Positions 10,721-23,925 of a stretch of 64,000 bases of DNA are shown piece by piece. The notes beneath the pieces are model-generated. The model was not told the DNA's origin and did not search any database. It saw only the letters and a program-made list of their open reading frames with translations. The position numbers and the translations under genes are program-made. Origin of the DNA: Camelus ferus (Eukaryota); the NCBI RefSeq assembly GCF_009834535.1, contig NC_045701.1, forward strand, positions 13,206,001-13,270,000, given 5' to 3'. How positions within the stretch are numbered: position 1 is the stretch's first letter; every line of letters begins with the position of its first letter.

Positions 10721-12429
10721 AAAAAAAAAATCCTGTATAATTTCTTTGTATATGAAAAAATATATGCAGATATATATTTCATTTGCTGAAAAGTGCTCTC
10801 AAAAGTCATTAGTATTGGTACTATAGTCAAATATTTTATAAAGAAAAGAAAGTACAGAGGGAACTCTCTACGTTATGTGCATTACTATCGAGGTGTAGAA
10901 AGCCAATGGTAAATGTTGAAACCTGTACTAAAGAGTGGGGGAGAAATAAACTGCTCACTTCCATTCTAGATAATTTCTTACTATTTCAGATGACTTGGTT
11001 GATCTGGAACACTTGGCATGGCTCTGCCACAAGTGTAATTACTGGCAGCATCTGCTTCAGAAAGAGCAAGTGAACCCTCTCTAAGCTTAAAATAAAAATC
11101 AATGCTGATTTTTACATCTATTCAGAGTGTGTGGTTTGTAAACAGTTAAAGGAGCTTATTCTGTGGGGATGCATGGATTAAAAACTGAGTGCACACGGGT
11201 GGGATGTACTGGAAAAACAGATTCTGTCCACCTGATTGGCACTGACCATGGAAACATGTGGTTAGCTGGAAGCGGCCTCTGAATTTGCCACAGCCAAAAG
11301 GGGCTGAATCTAGTTTCCAAAATGTGTGTCAGTGAACAACAGGTTCATTTGAGGTATTTAGTCATGGTGCCCAAGCAAAGACTAACTCAACACACAAAGG
11401 AAAGTGGACTGACTGCCTGGGATAAGGGCCAGCTTGCAGCCTCTTCTTAAATTTGTGTAATGATCTTAGCTGCTTCTGCCGCACATGCTGTTTGTGAAGG
11501 GACTGATTCCCAACATCCCTTAAAAGGGTCTCTTCTTCGCTGTATGTAAACCCTCATAAGCACATTGTGCATGTTATTTTGGAGGTTATTACAGGTGAGT
11601 TAACCTTCATCTCTGAGCTGCACGTGCCAAATGCTGCGCAGAGCCCTGCAGAGGAAAGAGGCCAATTCCCCTTGTATGTTCTGAAGACCCTAATAGACAT
11701 TTTCAAAAACAGAAGGTTAATAAAGAAGAAAGAGGTGGTCTGTTCTAGGGGAATATTTTCTTTTATTCAACAAGGAATATGCCCTGTAGTACTCTTTTGA
11801 CTTGCCAATCTGCTAATTTTAACAAAAAGTCAGGCAAGCAACGTAGCTGTCTACCTTTCTCTACAAACTGAGAAATCCATTTGGCCTATAAAAGTGATAA
11901 GATCCACCATGAGGGAGGTGTTTCCTTAACTGCAGGCAAAGGAAGAGGAGGGAGCTGCTAGAGATTTGTTTTTGCCTCTTCTCTGTTGATTGTGACTCCC
12001 CATTTTTGTGTATTGGAAGGTGTGTCTACCCACTGACCCCCAAACCCAGTATTTAAGGTTTTTTCCCCTCATTAGCAGGAAGGAAGGGGATCAAGGCAGA
12101 CGCACAGCCATTTATCTTGTTCAAGTGTGGCCTTCTTTGTAAATGAAAGAGGCCAATCAATAGGGCAATAAGGAAGGAGGACAAGTAGCTGGGAGGGCCC
12201 CACCACTGGTGAGGTCTAGTCACAGCCGGGGCCGTGCATACTCCATCCCAGATTTGCAACTCATTAGCACTCCAGAGAGGAAAACCAGAGGTTTGCTTTT
12301 TAAATTAGCTCTCTATTAAACAGAACAGTGAGTATTTTCACACTAGGTTCTGTAGAGTAAAATGAACACGTTAGTTTAACGTCTGGAGTTACTGAAATCA
12401 GAACTGGTGTACAGGAGCCCTCCACTAGG

Positions 12430-12680
12430 AGGCAGTGCTGGGGAGAGGAAGTCACAGACCAGGAATCAGGCAGACTGGGGCTCCAATCCAGATTTTGCCT
12501 CTTATCAGCTCTGTCAAAGTGGACAGTCACTTTGCTTCTCTGTCCTTGTTTCCTCATCTGCACATTGGGATGAGAACAGACTCACAGGGCAGGTTGGGAG
12601 AGTGACAAAAGACCATTCATGTTAAGCGCAGACACATAGAGCAAGTGCTCAAAAATGTGAGCTTTTGTTCGTGTTATTAT
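12430..12680 (+). mobile_element. MIR, near full length
   Basis: ggaatcaggcagactggggctccaatcc...tttcctcatctgcacattggg...caagtgctcaaaaatgtgagc. Confidence 0.8.
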
Positions 12681-12899
12681 ACGGAAACTGAGCTGCTAGG
12701 AGTGTGTGGAGAGAAAAAAGACCACTCTATGAGAATGGCCCCTCGAGGCTGTCCTGTCATATTGGTATATCTGCACTTTCTTTAAGGAGGCACCATTTCC
12801 TGGACTGTGACCTCATCATGAAGAGTGAAGTATGATTAGGAGTTGGATGGATATGACACGCCAGAATGTGAAGAACTAAATATCACCATGGTGAATCCC

Positions 12900-13040
12900 C
12901 AGTGTTTTGATCACATAATTTTTGACAGGAACAGAACTCTAGTGCACACACAGCCTCATCCACTCATTTTGTGGAAACTCTCAGAGAGGTTAAGTGACTT
13001 GCCCAAGGTTACATGTTCAGTTAGTGGATTGAGACTCTAT
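12900..13040 (-). mobile_element. MIR/MIR3 fragment
   Basis: ctcattttgtggaaactctcagagaggttaagtgacttgcccaaggttac. Confidence 0.8.
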
Positions 13041-13799
13041 TTCTCTTTCACTCTACTTAGGTAATTTTCCAAAACTCTTTATAAAAGAGTATATTAATAT
13101 TAAGAAGGAATTAAATGGTCTTTCAAGCAACCACAGGAATATTCAAATGTCTTAAAGAAAGAGAGCATAATCTGTGGTTCCTCATTTGAGAGTTCTGGCC
13201 AAGAACCCATTAGAATTCTGTCCTAAGACTCAAGCTTGTGTTCCGTACTCCGGTCTCTGCACTCTATCCAGGCTGCAGCCTTAGGGTTCCCATAGTCATC
13301 TCTGTTGCCTTTACATCCAGTGAAGTGTCTGTGGGGTTCAAATCAGAGTGACACTCTCTCCACATACCCTAGGCTGCCTGTGTGTCAGAGCTCTATGGGT
13401 CACCCATGGAGGCCCTGGTAGACTCTAAGTATTACATTTCATTTCCTCAGCAGAATGTCCACACAACACTGAATATTCTGGAAGAAAATTCTTCAGCAAG
13501 CAATATCCACATAGGAGTTGTGTATCTGAAGGAGGGATGTCATTTACATCCCTACTCTTGGCGATGACAAAATTGCACAATTACTCCTGCTGCCCCGCCC
13601 TACTTGCAACCTCTTCCCTACATGTTATGGGTTCTTTAGGTGGCATCAGCCCAGGAGTCTGTCTACAACATAACTGTATGCATAAAAAATGCAATGGAAA
13701 TGCAGGCATAAATACACCCTGAGTCTATTTTTACTGTAAGTACTATTTATAATTTATAAGACATATGATTCTAGAAATATATGATACAACTTCCAATGA

Positions 13800-14010
13800 G
13801 GTAAGAAGGCAGTTTAATGTATTACAATGAAGAGACTATGGGTTTAGGGGCCAAAGAGACAAAAACTCAAGTTGGTTCTGCCACTTACCAGCTGTGTCCC
13901 CAGACAAATGACTCAACATTACCAAGCTTTAGTTCCTCCCTTCTTACCTTATACACTTGTGTGAGTTTTAGAGGTATATGTTAAATACTAGAACTAAAAT
14001 TAGATGATAA
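13800..14010 (+). mobile_element. MIR
   Basis: ttctgccacttaccagctgtgtccccagacaaatgactcaac...tttagttcctc. Confidence 0.75.
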
Positions 14011-14554
14011 ATAAATGCCAGTGATAATTTAAGTCAGGGTTTTCTATTGGGATAACATTCTAATGAGAAATATTTGTCCTTGACATTTTTGAGTATTGAA
14101 ATAACTGGCAACACGGAAATACTTTGGATGAGCCATTGCAGACTTAGGAAGTGAGGTACTGGCTCAGAGTCTTTTATTTATGTACTACCTGGTTAAAGAC
14201 ATAAAATAGGGGTTGATAAAAGCTAGATATTCAAATATAATAAACCTGATTTTCCTATCTTCTGTGGATTCAAAAACATAAGATAGATTTTATTTTATTA
14301 TTATTATTTCACTAGAGATTACTGGGTCTAACTGTTGCAGACACTAGCTTTGCACATTAAGATTCCTGCCATAATTTCATTTGCATATGGCTCCCAATCA
14401 TAGCCCCATACACACAAAGAGAAAGAATCTTACTTCCAGAAATGGCACATGTTCTTCCTAAGCCCCTTTCTTCCCTCATCAGCACCAGATCCCAGAGACC
14501 AGACCTCGACCACTGAGGACTGTGGAATTGACTCTACACACTGAGCCTTGGCTG

Positions 14555-14843
14555 NNNNNNNNNNNNNNNNNNNNNNNNNNNNNNNNNNNNNNNNNNNNNN
14601 NNNNNNNNNNNNNNNNNNNNNNNNNNNNNNNNNNNNNNNNNNNNNNNNNNNNNNNNNNNNNNNNNNNNNNNNNNNNNNNNNNNNNNNNNNNNNNNNNNNN
14701 NNNNNNNNNNNNNNNNNNNNNNNNNNNNNNNNNNNNNNNNNNNNNNNNNNNNNNNNNNNNNNNNNNNNNNNNNNNNNNNNNNNNNNNNNNNNNNNNNNNN
14801 NNNNNNNNNNNNNNNNNNNNNNNNNNNNNNNNNNNNNNNNNNN
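14555..14843. other. N-run, 289 bp
   Basis: Seen directly. Confidence 0.99.
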
Positions 14844-15589
14844 TGCCTTTTGCCTCTAATTGAGAAATCCTTAATTCAAACGATTTAAAGGGTTACTGAG
14901 TCTTAACACAAATTTCATTTGCTTTTATTCTTGATGCAACTGTGGGATACTTCATGGAGAAAGCAAGAGGGATGGTACTAGTTAACATTAACAACATTCA
15001 TGGAGAAAATAATACTTAAAATTACCTAACTGTATCTGAAACCAAACATACCATATTTTATTATCTAGCTGAACAGTGTTATGGCATGCCCAGTTACTAT
15101 GTTGATCCAGATTAACCATAAGGCAGCGTGATCGCTTAAAACATAACTTCACATAAAGTGGCTACCAATAAGGATGGAGGCTTCTTTATCCCTCAACAGC
15201 AGTGTTTTATAGTGACTTAACTGATATATTTATATTTATAAAAATAAGCATCATAGAACTTTAGCTGCCAGATTTGGTCCCAAGACAAGATAAATCAGCG
15301 ATTTCATACACAGTATCAAACTGTCAGAACATGTTGTTTCTCTTTTGAAAAATAAGCAAAAATAAAATTGCTCTTCAATGAGCCTGATCCTCCAATTAAA
15401 GATAAAACTGTGCTAGAGGCCAAAATCATTCTGCATATCCCTATATTTCTGGTAAAGAAACAACCCCACCCCCCACCCCAATTCTCTAAGCTGCTCCAGA
15501 TATTAAGAAATCCTCCCTGAAGTAGCCTGTTTTGCTCAGCCCTCCAAAGCAAGGCCTAGTACTCACCTGAGAGCTAAGTTTTGTGTGTG

Positions 15590-16110
15590 GGACCTAGTGA
15601 TGGGAAGGAGAAGGGCAGAGAGGAGGGAAAGCAATCACAGCCAGGGAGGTAAGAGAAGAACGGGGACCAAGTGGAATCAATAATGCCACAGGAGAAGACA
15701 GATTTAAGACAGAGCTGGTGTTGAATGCAGCCTGGATATTATGAGGCATGTAGACTAAGGGAAGTTTAATGAATTTGGAGGTCACCAGTAATCTTGAGGA
15801 TATCTCTTCTTGTGGCTGGAAAAAGGCAAAGTATGGGGATTAAGGAATGAAAAGGCTGGTGGTAAAAGAAAAGGCCCACAGTAGCTCATCCAAGTATTCA
15901 AAACTCCACCCACTAGGGAGAACAGAGACCTCCATGGTGTTTTTGCAGGATGTTAGAAAGCTGACTAATCGCCTGTCCAATGTGTCCAATGTGCCTAGCA
16001 GATTCCCTAATGAAGGAGAAGAGTAAATTCTCATATTAAGTGATGGGAAATCCTCTCTATCCCAGAAATTCATTCTTGGGATAGTATGATAGATAGTCTA
16101 CAACCCAACT
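15590..16110 (-). mobile_element. L2 fragment
   Basis: Purine-rich reverse L2: ggagaagacagatttaagacag; gactaagggaagtttaatgaatttggaggtcaccagtaatcttgag. Confidence 0.55.
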
Positions 16111-16829
16111 CTCATGCCAGTTCCCTAGGAGGGAGAAGTGGCTGGCAGAGAAATCCCAGAGCAAGGAACAGAATGACGGATCTGTTTGCATGTTTCCCTA
16201 AAATTCAGAGAAAGACTCAGATTCAATTAAAGATTGGACTTTGAATACAGGAGAAGGCTTCTCCCACTATTTGGGTACCTAGGGAAGGCATTTTCCTGGC
16301 AAGGGGTAATGTAAATTTTGCACACTAGTGGCTTTTATCCTCTCTGGTCTTTGTGGCCTTTGTAAGGACTAAGGGCCTGCTCAGAGCTCTCTAGAAAGTC
16401 TTAGGATTTTACACAGGATTTCCACTGCAAGATTGCTGATGTCTCCTGTTTGCCAAAGCTGCTGTAGTCATTGCTGTTCTTATACGTATGAAGATGTGTC
16501 TTGAAAATCTGAAGCCTTCCCAGAGGCCCTCTTACTTCCAGACATCCATGATCTCAGCCTGTTACTCCACCAACTGTGCGTAGATTTTACGTCTGAGGAT
16601 CAACTTTAGCATTTCTCAGGCTATGCTGTTGCTGAGCTGTTCTTGCTAAAAATAAGCTGCATTTCTTCACTCTGCTGCCTGCCAAATTAGACTGGCAGCT
16701 GCCCTGGTCTCCCCTTCCCCACAGCTTCCTGTTTCATATCATTGTGCATTCTGCACAAAATACTTTTTACTCCTTGCCCCACTCAGAGCCTGTCAATCAC
16801 TCACTTTACTTTCACCTTCTTTCCTCCTC

Positions 16830-17030
16830 TCTCATGGAAGCAGTATTGTGAATGTTTCAGGCACAGATTTGGGGTCAGACTGCCTGGACTGAATCCCAGC
16901 TCCTATACTTATTAGCTGTGTGACCTCAAATGAGTCATTTAATCTCTCTGTGCCTTTTTCACACCAGTCTTTAAAAACAACTTCCTGCATGACTATTTTA
17001 ATCAAACTTTTGATGTCTGAATTGTAGGAA
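16830..17030 (+). mobile_element. MIR
   Basis: ggggtcagactgcctggactgaatcccagctcctatacttattagctgtgtgacctcaaatgagtcatttaatctctctgtgcc. Confidence 0.9.
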
Positions 17031-17214
17031 ACCAAGTAAAAAATATCCTCTACAAAACAATCTCTTTGTAAGACTTAATTCTATCTGGCTGTGCAATCCA
17101 TAATGGCCATTACCACTGTTTTGTTTGTTTGTTTGTGTATTTGCCAGCCTTTCTGATGAGTTTCTTCATCAATCTACTATTGTTGGATTGATTGTTCTAT
17201 AGTTTATGTTTTTG

Positions 17215-17420
17215 CAGCATATTGAGATAGTCCTTTGCTGTTTGGCAAGAGTGCTTTCACACACAGAATTTCACTAGATCCTCAACAGTCTTGTGAGTTG
17301 AAAATCATGATGAGTATTATCTGCATTTTCTTAATGATCAACTCAGTTCAGAGGGAATCCTCTTTCCCCAAGGTCAGGTGCATAGCTAGTGGCAGTTGGT
17401 ACTCCGTACATTGCAACAGC
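17215..17420 (-). mobile_element. MIR
   Basis: gatcctcaacagtcttgtgag...aactcagttcagagg...cccaaggtcaggtgcatagctagtggcag. Confidence 0.7.
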
Positions 17421-18754
17421 TGTCATATTAAAATAAACAACAGAGATTTCACTCCCACTTACAGCTTGAAATGTCTGTTGGCTCTTAGTAATTCTCCCAA
17501 TGATTTTGCAATCAGCTTTGGTTATATTTTGATTCATTCCTTGGAAAGTTTCCAACAAGGATGGTAAACGTCAGCCCCTGTCAAAAGAATGGCCAGTTTG
17601 ATGCAAAGTGATGTGTGAGCACCAAGAGGATGCTGTTAATTGATTTGTCAATGCCCCTAAGTGTGAACAGGTGTGATGAAGTGTAAAGAAGTCTGTGATG
17701 CGGATGTGGCAGAGCTGTCACATAGAGAGGACTTTGACTATTAGAGGAGATGACTCCTCCACTACTGTCTATCTTCCTGTCCAAACACCTGTCCCAAACC
17801 ATCCTGTCTGGGCAACTTCAGGGGCCTTAGGCCATGTGCAAAGAGGCATGTCCCATCCCATCTCATGTCCCCTGAGAAGGGTGGACATATATGACTACTT
17901 TGGGACTTGGAGGTGGATTTTCCTATAGGAAAGGCATCATCTCTGACCTATAGGGCACACATCATTTCTATGAGTAGGATTTTTTCATAACTAAAAAAGT
18001 ACATCCAAACCAAAATCCATTTTTAAATTAAGAAACCTGCACCTAGAAGGCCCTTCAGTCAGTTATAAAATGCAGCCACATTTAAAAGCCAGGTAGGTTT
18101 AGAAAAGAAGAGCATACCCAAGCAGCTGAGACCAGAGAGTAACAAGAACACATCTGCAAAGGGGAAGAGGAGTAGTTGTGTAAATGTAATGTTTGAGCAA
18201 AGTCGTGTTGCCCATCACCCCATGCCCTCTTCTAGATGCCTCGGGTTACCTGCAGGCTGTTTCCTCCTCTCTCCTAACCAACGAAAGCTGAGCAAGTCAG
18301 AATACCATCAGCCTGGTCCTCTGTGCTATGACTTCTGCAGTTGGATAGTCTCTGCATCTGAGAGTAGAAATGTCAGATCCAGTACCCAATACCTTTCCGC
18401 ATATGGTACCCCTTTGTGCCTGGGGCTTTGGTTGGTTGGGGTTCTTCTGCATTTCTCTGAGGCACTGATACTCCGTGGCAGAGGGAGTCTGTAGGGGGTC
18501 TGCAGGAGCAAAGGCTAAGAATCTGATGTACAAGATGCTAATCAGGGGTCAACACCTATAGAAGAGGGGAAGAAACAGATTGACAGATGGAAAAATAGAA
18601 CTGTGATACAGCAAAGCTTTGGCCAACCCAGTCGGGAACTCTGGAATGGATATGGCCTTTCAGTGTTATCAGAGGGTGAGAGATTTGTCCTGGCCTGCAG
18701 GAGACTCTCCTTCTTTCAGCACTACAAAATCCACATTCCAGGAGCCCAGCTGGG

Positions 18755-18900
18755 CTGCTCATTAGTTATGTGGTCTTGAGTGAATCAATTTCTGAAGCCT
18801 CAGTTTCCTATCGTGTCAAATTATTGTAAAGATTCAATGAGATGCTATATATGTAGTATCGGTACAGAGTAGGTTCTTGTTAAGGATGAGTCAACATTAA
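18755..18900 (+). mobile_element. MIR
   Basis: ttagttatgtggtcttgagtgaatcaatttctgaagcctcagtttcc...gattcaatgagatg. Confidence 0.8.
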
Positions 18901-19615
18901 TTTTAAGTGAAAATCTCCCAACTTGGTAAATGGGAGAGAAAAAACGCCCGAAGCAGCCCGCACTCTGATTGGTCTCCTGCCTCCTCACACTTGCTCTTAA
19001 GTCCCCTTTTTAAAGTGCCCTCTCACCTTTACCTGCTTGCTGGATAGTTTCCACATCTGTGCAATCAGATGAAAGCAACAGCCCCTGACAACCAAGAATT
19101 CTGAAATACCCAACAGCAGCCACAAGAGAAGGGCTTTTACTTGGGGGCTGTCTGCTCTTGTGAAAATCTGAGAGTCAAAGAGGGCCTGTGAGGCATCAAC
19201 AGTCTGTGTTCAGCGAGGTCCCTGCAATTCTGAACTGTGGGCAAGGAAAGGGTAATGCTGACTGAGCTTGAAAAAGTGCAGTGGAAGGCAAACAAATAAA
19301 TGATTTAAGGTTTTGGAAGAAAGACTTTTGAAGAAAGCTTGACCTTAACCTCTGGAGCTTAGAGCAAAGCTCTACTGAGTGAAGGTGGGTTGCAGTGGTA
19401 AATTGGTCTGGACAAAACACATAGAGAGTCATTATGAGAGGAGGAAACCTTCCTCACCTTGTTGGGGCAGAGGCTGCTGATAAGACATGTCCTTAAAGGG
19501 AAGCCTGCTGGGAGGAATTGGGCTGAATTCAAGGACAATAGCAATGCTCATTAGGGCCAGAAAGCCAGGGGCTATGATATTGGGGCCAGCTTACCAGGCT
19601 ATTTCAAGAGCTGTT

Positions 19616-19800
19616 TGCCTATGGCTGGTTGGCTCAGTTGGATAGAGTAGGGCAGTAATGAGGCCAAGGGCATAAGGCAGAATTCCTGCACAGAGCAGCT
19701 AGCTTTATACTTTTCCACTGCAATGGATTTCACCACTAAGCTAGACCATGAAGCTCACACACATGTGGTTACTTGTTACCTGTGTCGCCTCAAATTTACT
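19616..19800 (+). mobile_element. MamSINE1-like SINE with tRNA-Ile-derived head
   Basis: ggctggttggctcagttggatagagtagggcagtaatgaggccaagg aligns to tRNA-Ile(AAT) GGCCGGTTAGCTCAGTTGGTTAGAGCGTGGTGCTAATAACGCCAAGG; followed by a tagcttt...caccactaagc body like MamSINE1. Confidence 0.65.
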
Positions 19801-19843
19801 CTCTGGAGATTACACTAAATCCTTAGCAAATGTTGAGATATGC

Positions 19844-19866
19844 TTTTTTTTTTTTTTTTTTTTTTT
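19844..19866. repeat. Poly-T run (23 nt)
   Basis: Seen directly. Confidence 0.95.
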
Positions 19867-20279
19867 GGTGTCTCAACCAGTGGTCTAGCCTAGTGATAAG
19901 ACATTAATTCCTTCTCACCTTTATTTATTCTGTCAGTCAACACATATTCTAATGCTACCTCTATGGAGGTATTGGGATAAGTGCTCTGGATACTGTGGTA
20001 AACAAGGAAAATGAAGATCTATCATTGAAGAAACAGGAAATTCAACACATGAGAGGGAGTACCCAACTTGATGGGATACAAGTCCCTGATTAGGAAAAAA
20101 GGACAGAAATCTATAGAGAAAGACCTCCAAGAAAAATAAAATAAACCATTGGGGAAACAACCTGAGTGTCCAGCGATGGATGAATAAAGAAATAATATTT
20201 CATTTAAAAAAAAAGAAATTGTTGGGCTGTGCAAAACGTTTGAAAGTATAGAAATAAAATCTTCACTTCTGTTGATAAA

Positions 20280-21050
20280 TTTGGGGTCAATAAGTGATAC
20301 ATACATGGAAAATTGAGAAAATGAAAAAACAAGATAATAATTCCAGAGAATATAATAAATTGTATGAAAAAAGAAATGAGATCATAGTACAAGTAAAGAA
20401 GCTGCATATGGGGAGTTGAAGTTGGGAATGTACAGTGGGGAGGAGCAAGGGACTGCTCATTTTCATTATAAATCTAGTGTTATTTGATATTTTAAACTGT
20501 ACACTTATGACAGAAAATGTTTTAATTTTTGAAAATACTATGGGTCTGAAAGTAAGGTTTAGCAGGCATTTAAAAATCTCAAAAATACACAGATATAAGA
20601 CTATTCAGTGATGAACAAAGTCTGTAACAGTGAAAACCATTAACCACTTAAACATTTGTCAATAGTGGATTGGTTAAATAAATATCAGTAAAGCCATAAA
20701 ATAAATGGACTATATCACAGCCTTTGAAAATAAAGGGTAGGTTGATACGTATTGATATGGAAAGATCTCTCCATATATTTTTAAGTGAAAAGGTCAAGTT
20801 GCAGAAAAGTATTTACCAAAGTGTGCATATATATACACATAGATGTGTGCATGTATTTATGTCTGTGCATGTGTTTGTACTACATAAGAAAATGTATGGA
20901 ATGACACAAAATAAACCATTAATTGTGGTACCTCAAGGGAGTGATTGGAGCCAGGTCATAAGGACTTTCATTTTTTTCTCTCTAAATATTTATTATCTGT
21001 ATTTTTACAACAAGTAAGTCCATCTTCTTTTATTAAAGATAAAATCCACA
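20280..21050 (+). mobile_element. L1ME-type 3' end fragments (two pieces)
   Basis: tgtcaatagtggattggttaaataaa; atggaaagatctctccatatatttttaagtgaaaaggtcaagttgcag. Confidence 0.75.
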
Positions 21051-21089
21051 AAGAACATATTTTTTAATTAAAATACAGAGAAGAGTTTC

Positions 21090-21300
21090 ACCCAATGCAT
21101 CTGATTTTAGGACGCTCATAAGCAGGCAGGGTGACAGTGAGCAGAAGGCATGTGGAACACTGGGAGACAGCACAGTCCAGGCAAAGGATATGAGGACCTG
21201 AAATAGGACATCAGTGAAGAGGATGGAAAAAGAGGAACTATTATGAGTTAGAAAAGGTGTGACATAGGCTTTGTGTCAATTTCCTAGTAATTAAGATGGA
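21090..21300 (-). mobile_element. L2 fragment
   Basis: cagcacagtccaggcaaaggatatgagg...gacataggctttgtg resembles reverse L2. Confidence 0.45.
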
Positions 21301-22669
21301 TTTGCTTTGATAATTTGTGATAGAAAGAAATGGAGAGATGGCCAGGATCCAGAACTCCCCAAACTGTGAACACCCCTGTTTAAGTCCCTAGGGTGTCTAT
21401 GCCCAGAGAATAAGGAGAATAAGTCTGGCCGTTGACCAAAGTTTGGTATCGAGTGGCTCTGATTTCCACACTCCAATGGGAAGCCTTTGTGCGGCAACTG
21501 TACATTAGCCCTAGTGGTCTGTGGTCTTTACCAGAGCTAGGCTCCCCTTTTGTCTTGGTCTGTATCTTCAAGACTTTTGCATATTTATGGTGAGAAGAAG
21601 CAAAGAAAGGCAATTCAATCTGCAAAGCAAGTGCATGTGGAGAAGGGTAGGCATCTACAACCCAAATTGGCTATGCCTGCTTTTGTGTTCTGAAGGTGCC
21701 CAGTGATGGATGGGGCTGTAGAGAAGAGTATGGGGCTGAGGTGACATAAGCCATGTCTGTGTGGAATGTTAGCTCCCTTCCCACTGCAGAGACAGGTGGA
21801 GGAGGAGAAGTAGAAGCCTAGAGAAACTGCCCTCCCATCTAACAGAGCTATTAACAACCTTTGTTACACAAACGGACACCCAGAGCTAGGTTTGGAAGGA
21901 GGAGCAGAATGAGCAAATATTTAGTAAAATCTGTTACACACACCACAGCCTTATGACTGTGGGTTTGGCAGTGGGCATAGATAAATGGAATGGATAACTA
22001 CTATATCTAGGGAAAAAATACAAAATAACAATGGCCTACTAAGGACAGCAAGACAGGCAATCCAAGCTGGGGATTAGGTTAATTTCATCATTAAATCTCA
22101 AAAGAGGGGACAACTCACTCTAATATGTAGGGTAAATGGTGACAAAATTGTTAAGGTACCTGGAACATGCAGTCCATAGGATCAGCCCTCTGGAGCATGA
22201 AGCAGAGCAGAGAGAGGTAAGAAATGTATCTAAAGAGCAAACAGAGACTTCCCAGCACACACAGCCACCCCATCTTCAAGAAGAAGCAGGGAAATGCAAT
22301 TCTCTTGTATGCCCTGAAGGGGAAAAATGGAAACATTTGGCAAATAGCGAAAGTGACAACCACAATATGTTCACTGATTGAGGAAATTTCTTGGACTATT
22401 TAGAAACCACCACAAAAATAATGAGGATTCTGTGAGTTGGGGGCTACTATTACAAAATCCTCCTTAACCAAACACTGTACATGTTTTCAGTGCATTATTC
22501 ACTCCTCCAAAATGCCCAGTGAGGTAGGAGTCCCATTCCCTCATGACCTTGTACCCTGACTGTCATGGAAGCAGGATAATTTACCTACCTGGGTGTTTTT
22601 GAGAAGTTTTAATAAAAAAAAGGGAGCTTTCTTATATCTTTCATATTTATAAAATGCTTTGAAATTTAA

Positions 22670-22860
22670 CAAGCTTATTTATAAGCCTTGTCTCATTTTG
22701 AACTTAAAATGATCCCATGAGGTATTATTTCTATCTTTTAGGTATGGGAAATGTCTCTGAGAGAGGTGAAGTGTCCATAGAGATAGAGTGAGTTAGCAAC
22801 TTTAACGAGTTTTTACTAAGCCAGACCCCATACCAGGTTCCAGTGGCACAGCTATGAAGA
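22670..22860 (-). mobile_element. MIR
   Basis: atcccatgaggtattatttctatcttttaggtatgggaaatgtctctgagagaggtgaagtg. Confidence 0.7.
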
Positions 22861-23639
22861 ACATCAGACCCTTTGCCACCTGAGCCTCCCTGACTTGTGG
22901 CCATAGGGGCTGCTTTCCTTTTGGGATGAAAAAATCTAGCACAGCTTCCATAGTCTCAAACAGAGCTCAAGCAGATGCGTGTCTGGAGCAGCTGCTACCT
23001 GGGTGCTTGTGGACATCCCATGCTGGGATCCACTGAGGACAGTCTTGGTGCCTGAAAGCCTGAGTCCAACTAGGTCTTATCCTAGCTTGTTTTGACTTGG
23101 CTCTCCAGGTGGGAGAGCTCCTGGGAACAACTGATTCTAAAATATAAGCATAATTGTTGCTTTGGGGATTATGCCCTACTAGATCCACCAACCAAACCTC
23201 TGATCTGAACAAACTGCATGGGAAATGACTGCAAAGTTCAATGTATGGCCCATGGAGATCTAGATGCAAACAGAGGAAACTTTTCTCTCTTCTCTTTTTT
23301 TCAAATCTTGGGTGGTCCCTAAATGGAGAAGGTTTTCTATCTTCCAGGCTTTACATAGAGGTATTCACAGACCAAAAACTGCCAGGAGAAGAAAAATCAT
23401 CCCCCAAGGAAAAATTGCACGGGTAGAAGAATCTCTCTTCTCACATTTTGCAGTCTCTGTGCTCCCCCATCCCCAGAGGAGAGGACCACCAGGACAGAAT
23501 TCATTTCTGTTGTACAGATGAAAATCCAAACAAGGTTCAGAAGCTTCAGTGAGCCATGCTGATTGGTCAGTTGCCTGTAGAACTGGGGGTCCATCCTGAT
23601 AGCCTTGCCCAGGGAATTTGCTCAGTGTGTGCTCTTTGG

Positions 23640-23784
23640 ATGGTCTTAGTGTGAGTCCTGGATCTGCCTCTAGTGTCCATGTGACCTTGGCAAATTGCTC
23701 ATCTTTTCTCTGATTCAATTCAGGGTGGGAACCAAAATAGAGATAATGATAATAGAACTTACCTCCCAGGTAATACATGATAAT
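23640..23784 (+). mobile_element. MIR running into an N-run
   Basis: gtgagtcctggatctgcctctagtgtccatgtgaccttggcaaattg...aaaatagagataatgataatagaacttacctc. Confidence 0.7.
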
Positions 23785-23925
23785 NNNNNNNNNNNNNNNN
23801 NNNNNNNNNNNNNNNNNNNNNNNNNNNNNNNNNNNNNNNNNNNNNNNNNNNNNNNNNNNNNNNNNNNNNNNNNNNNNNNNNNNNNNNNNNNNNNNNNNNN
23901 NNNNNNNNNNNNNNNNNNNNNNNNN
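23785..23925. other. N-run, 141 bp
   Basis: Seen directly. Confidence 0.99.

Noticed and set aside
19623-19700. Functional tRNA-Ile gene
   Set aside because: Anticodon arm, T-arm/B-box and acceptor stem are disrupted; better explained as a SINE head.
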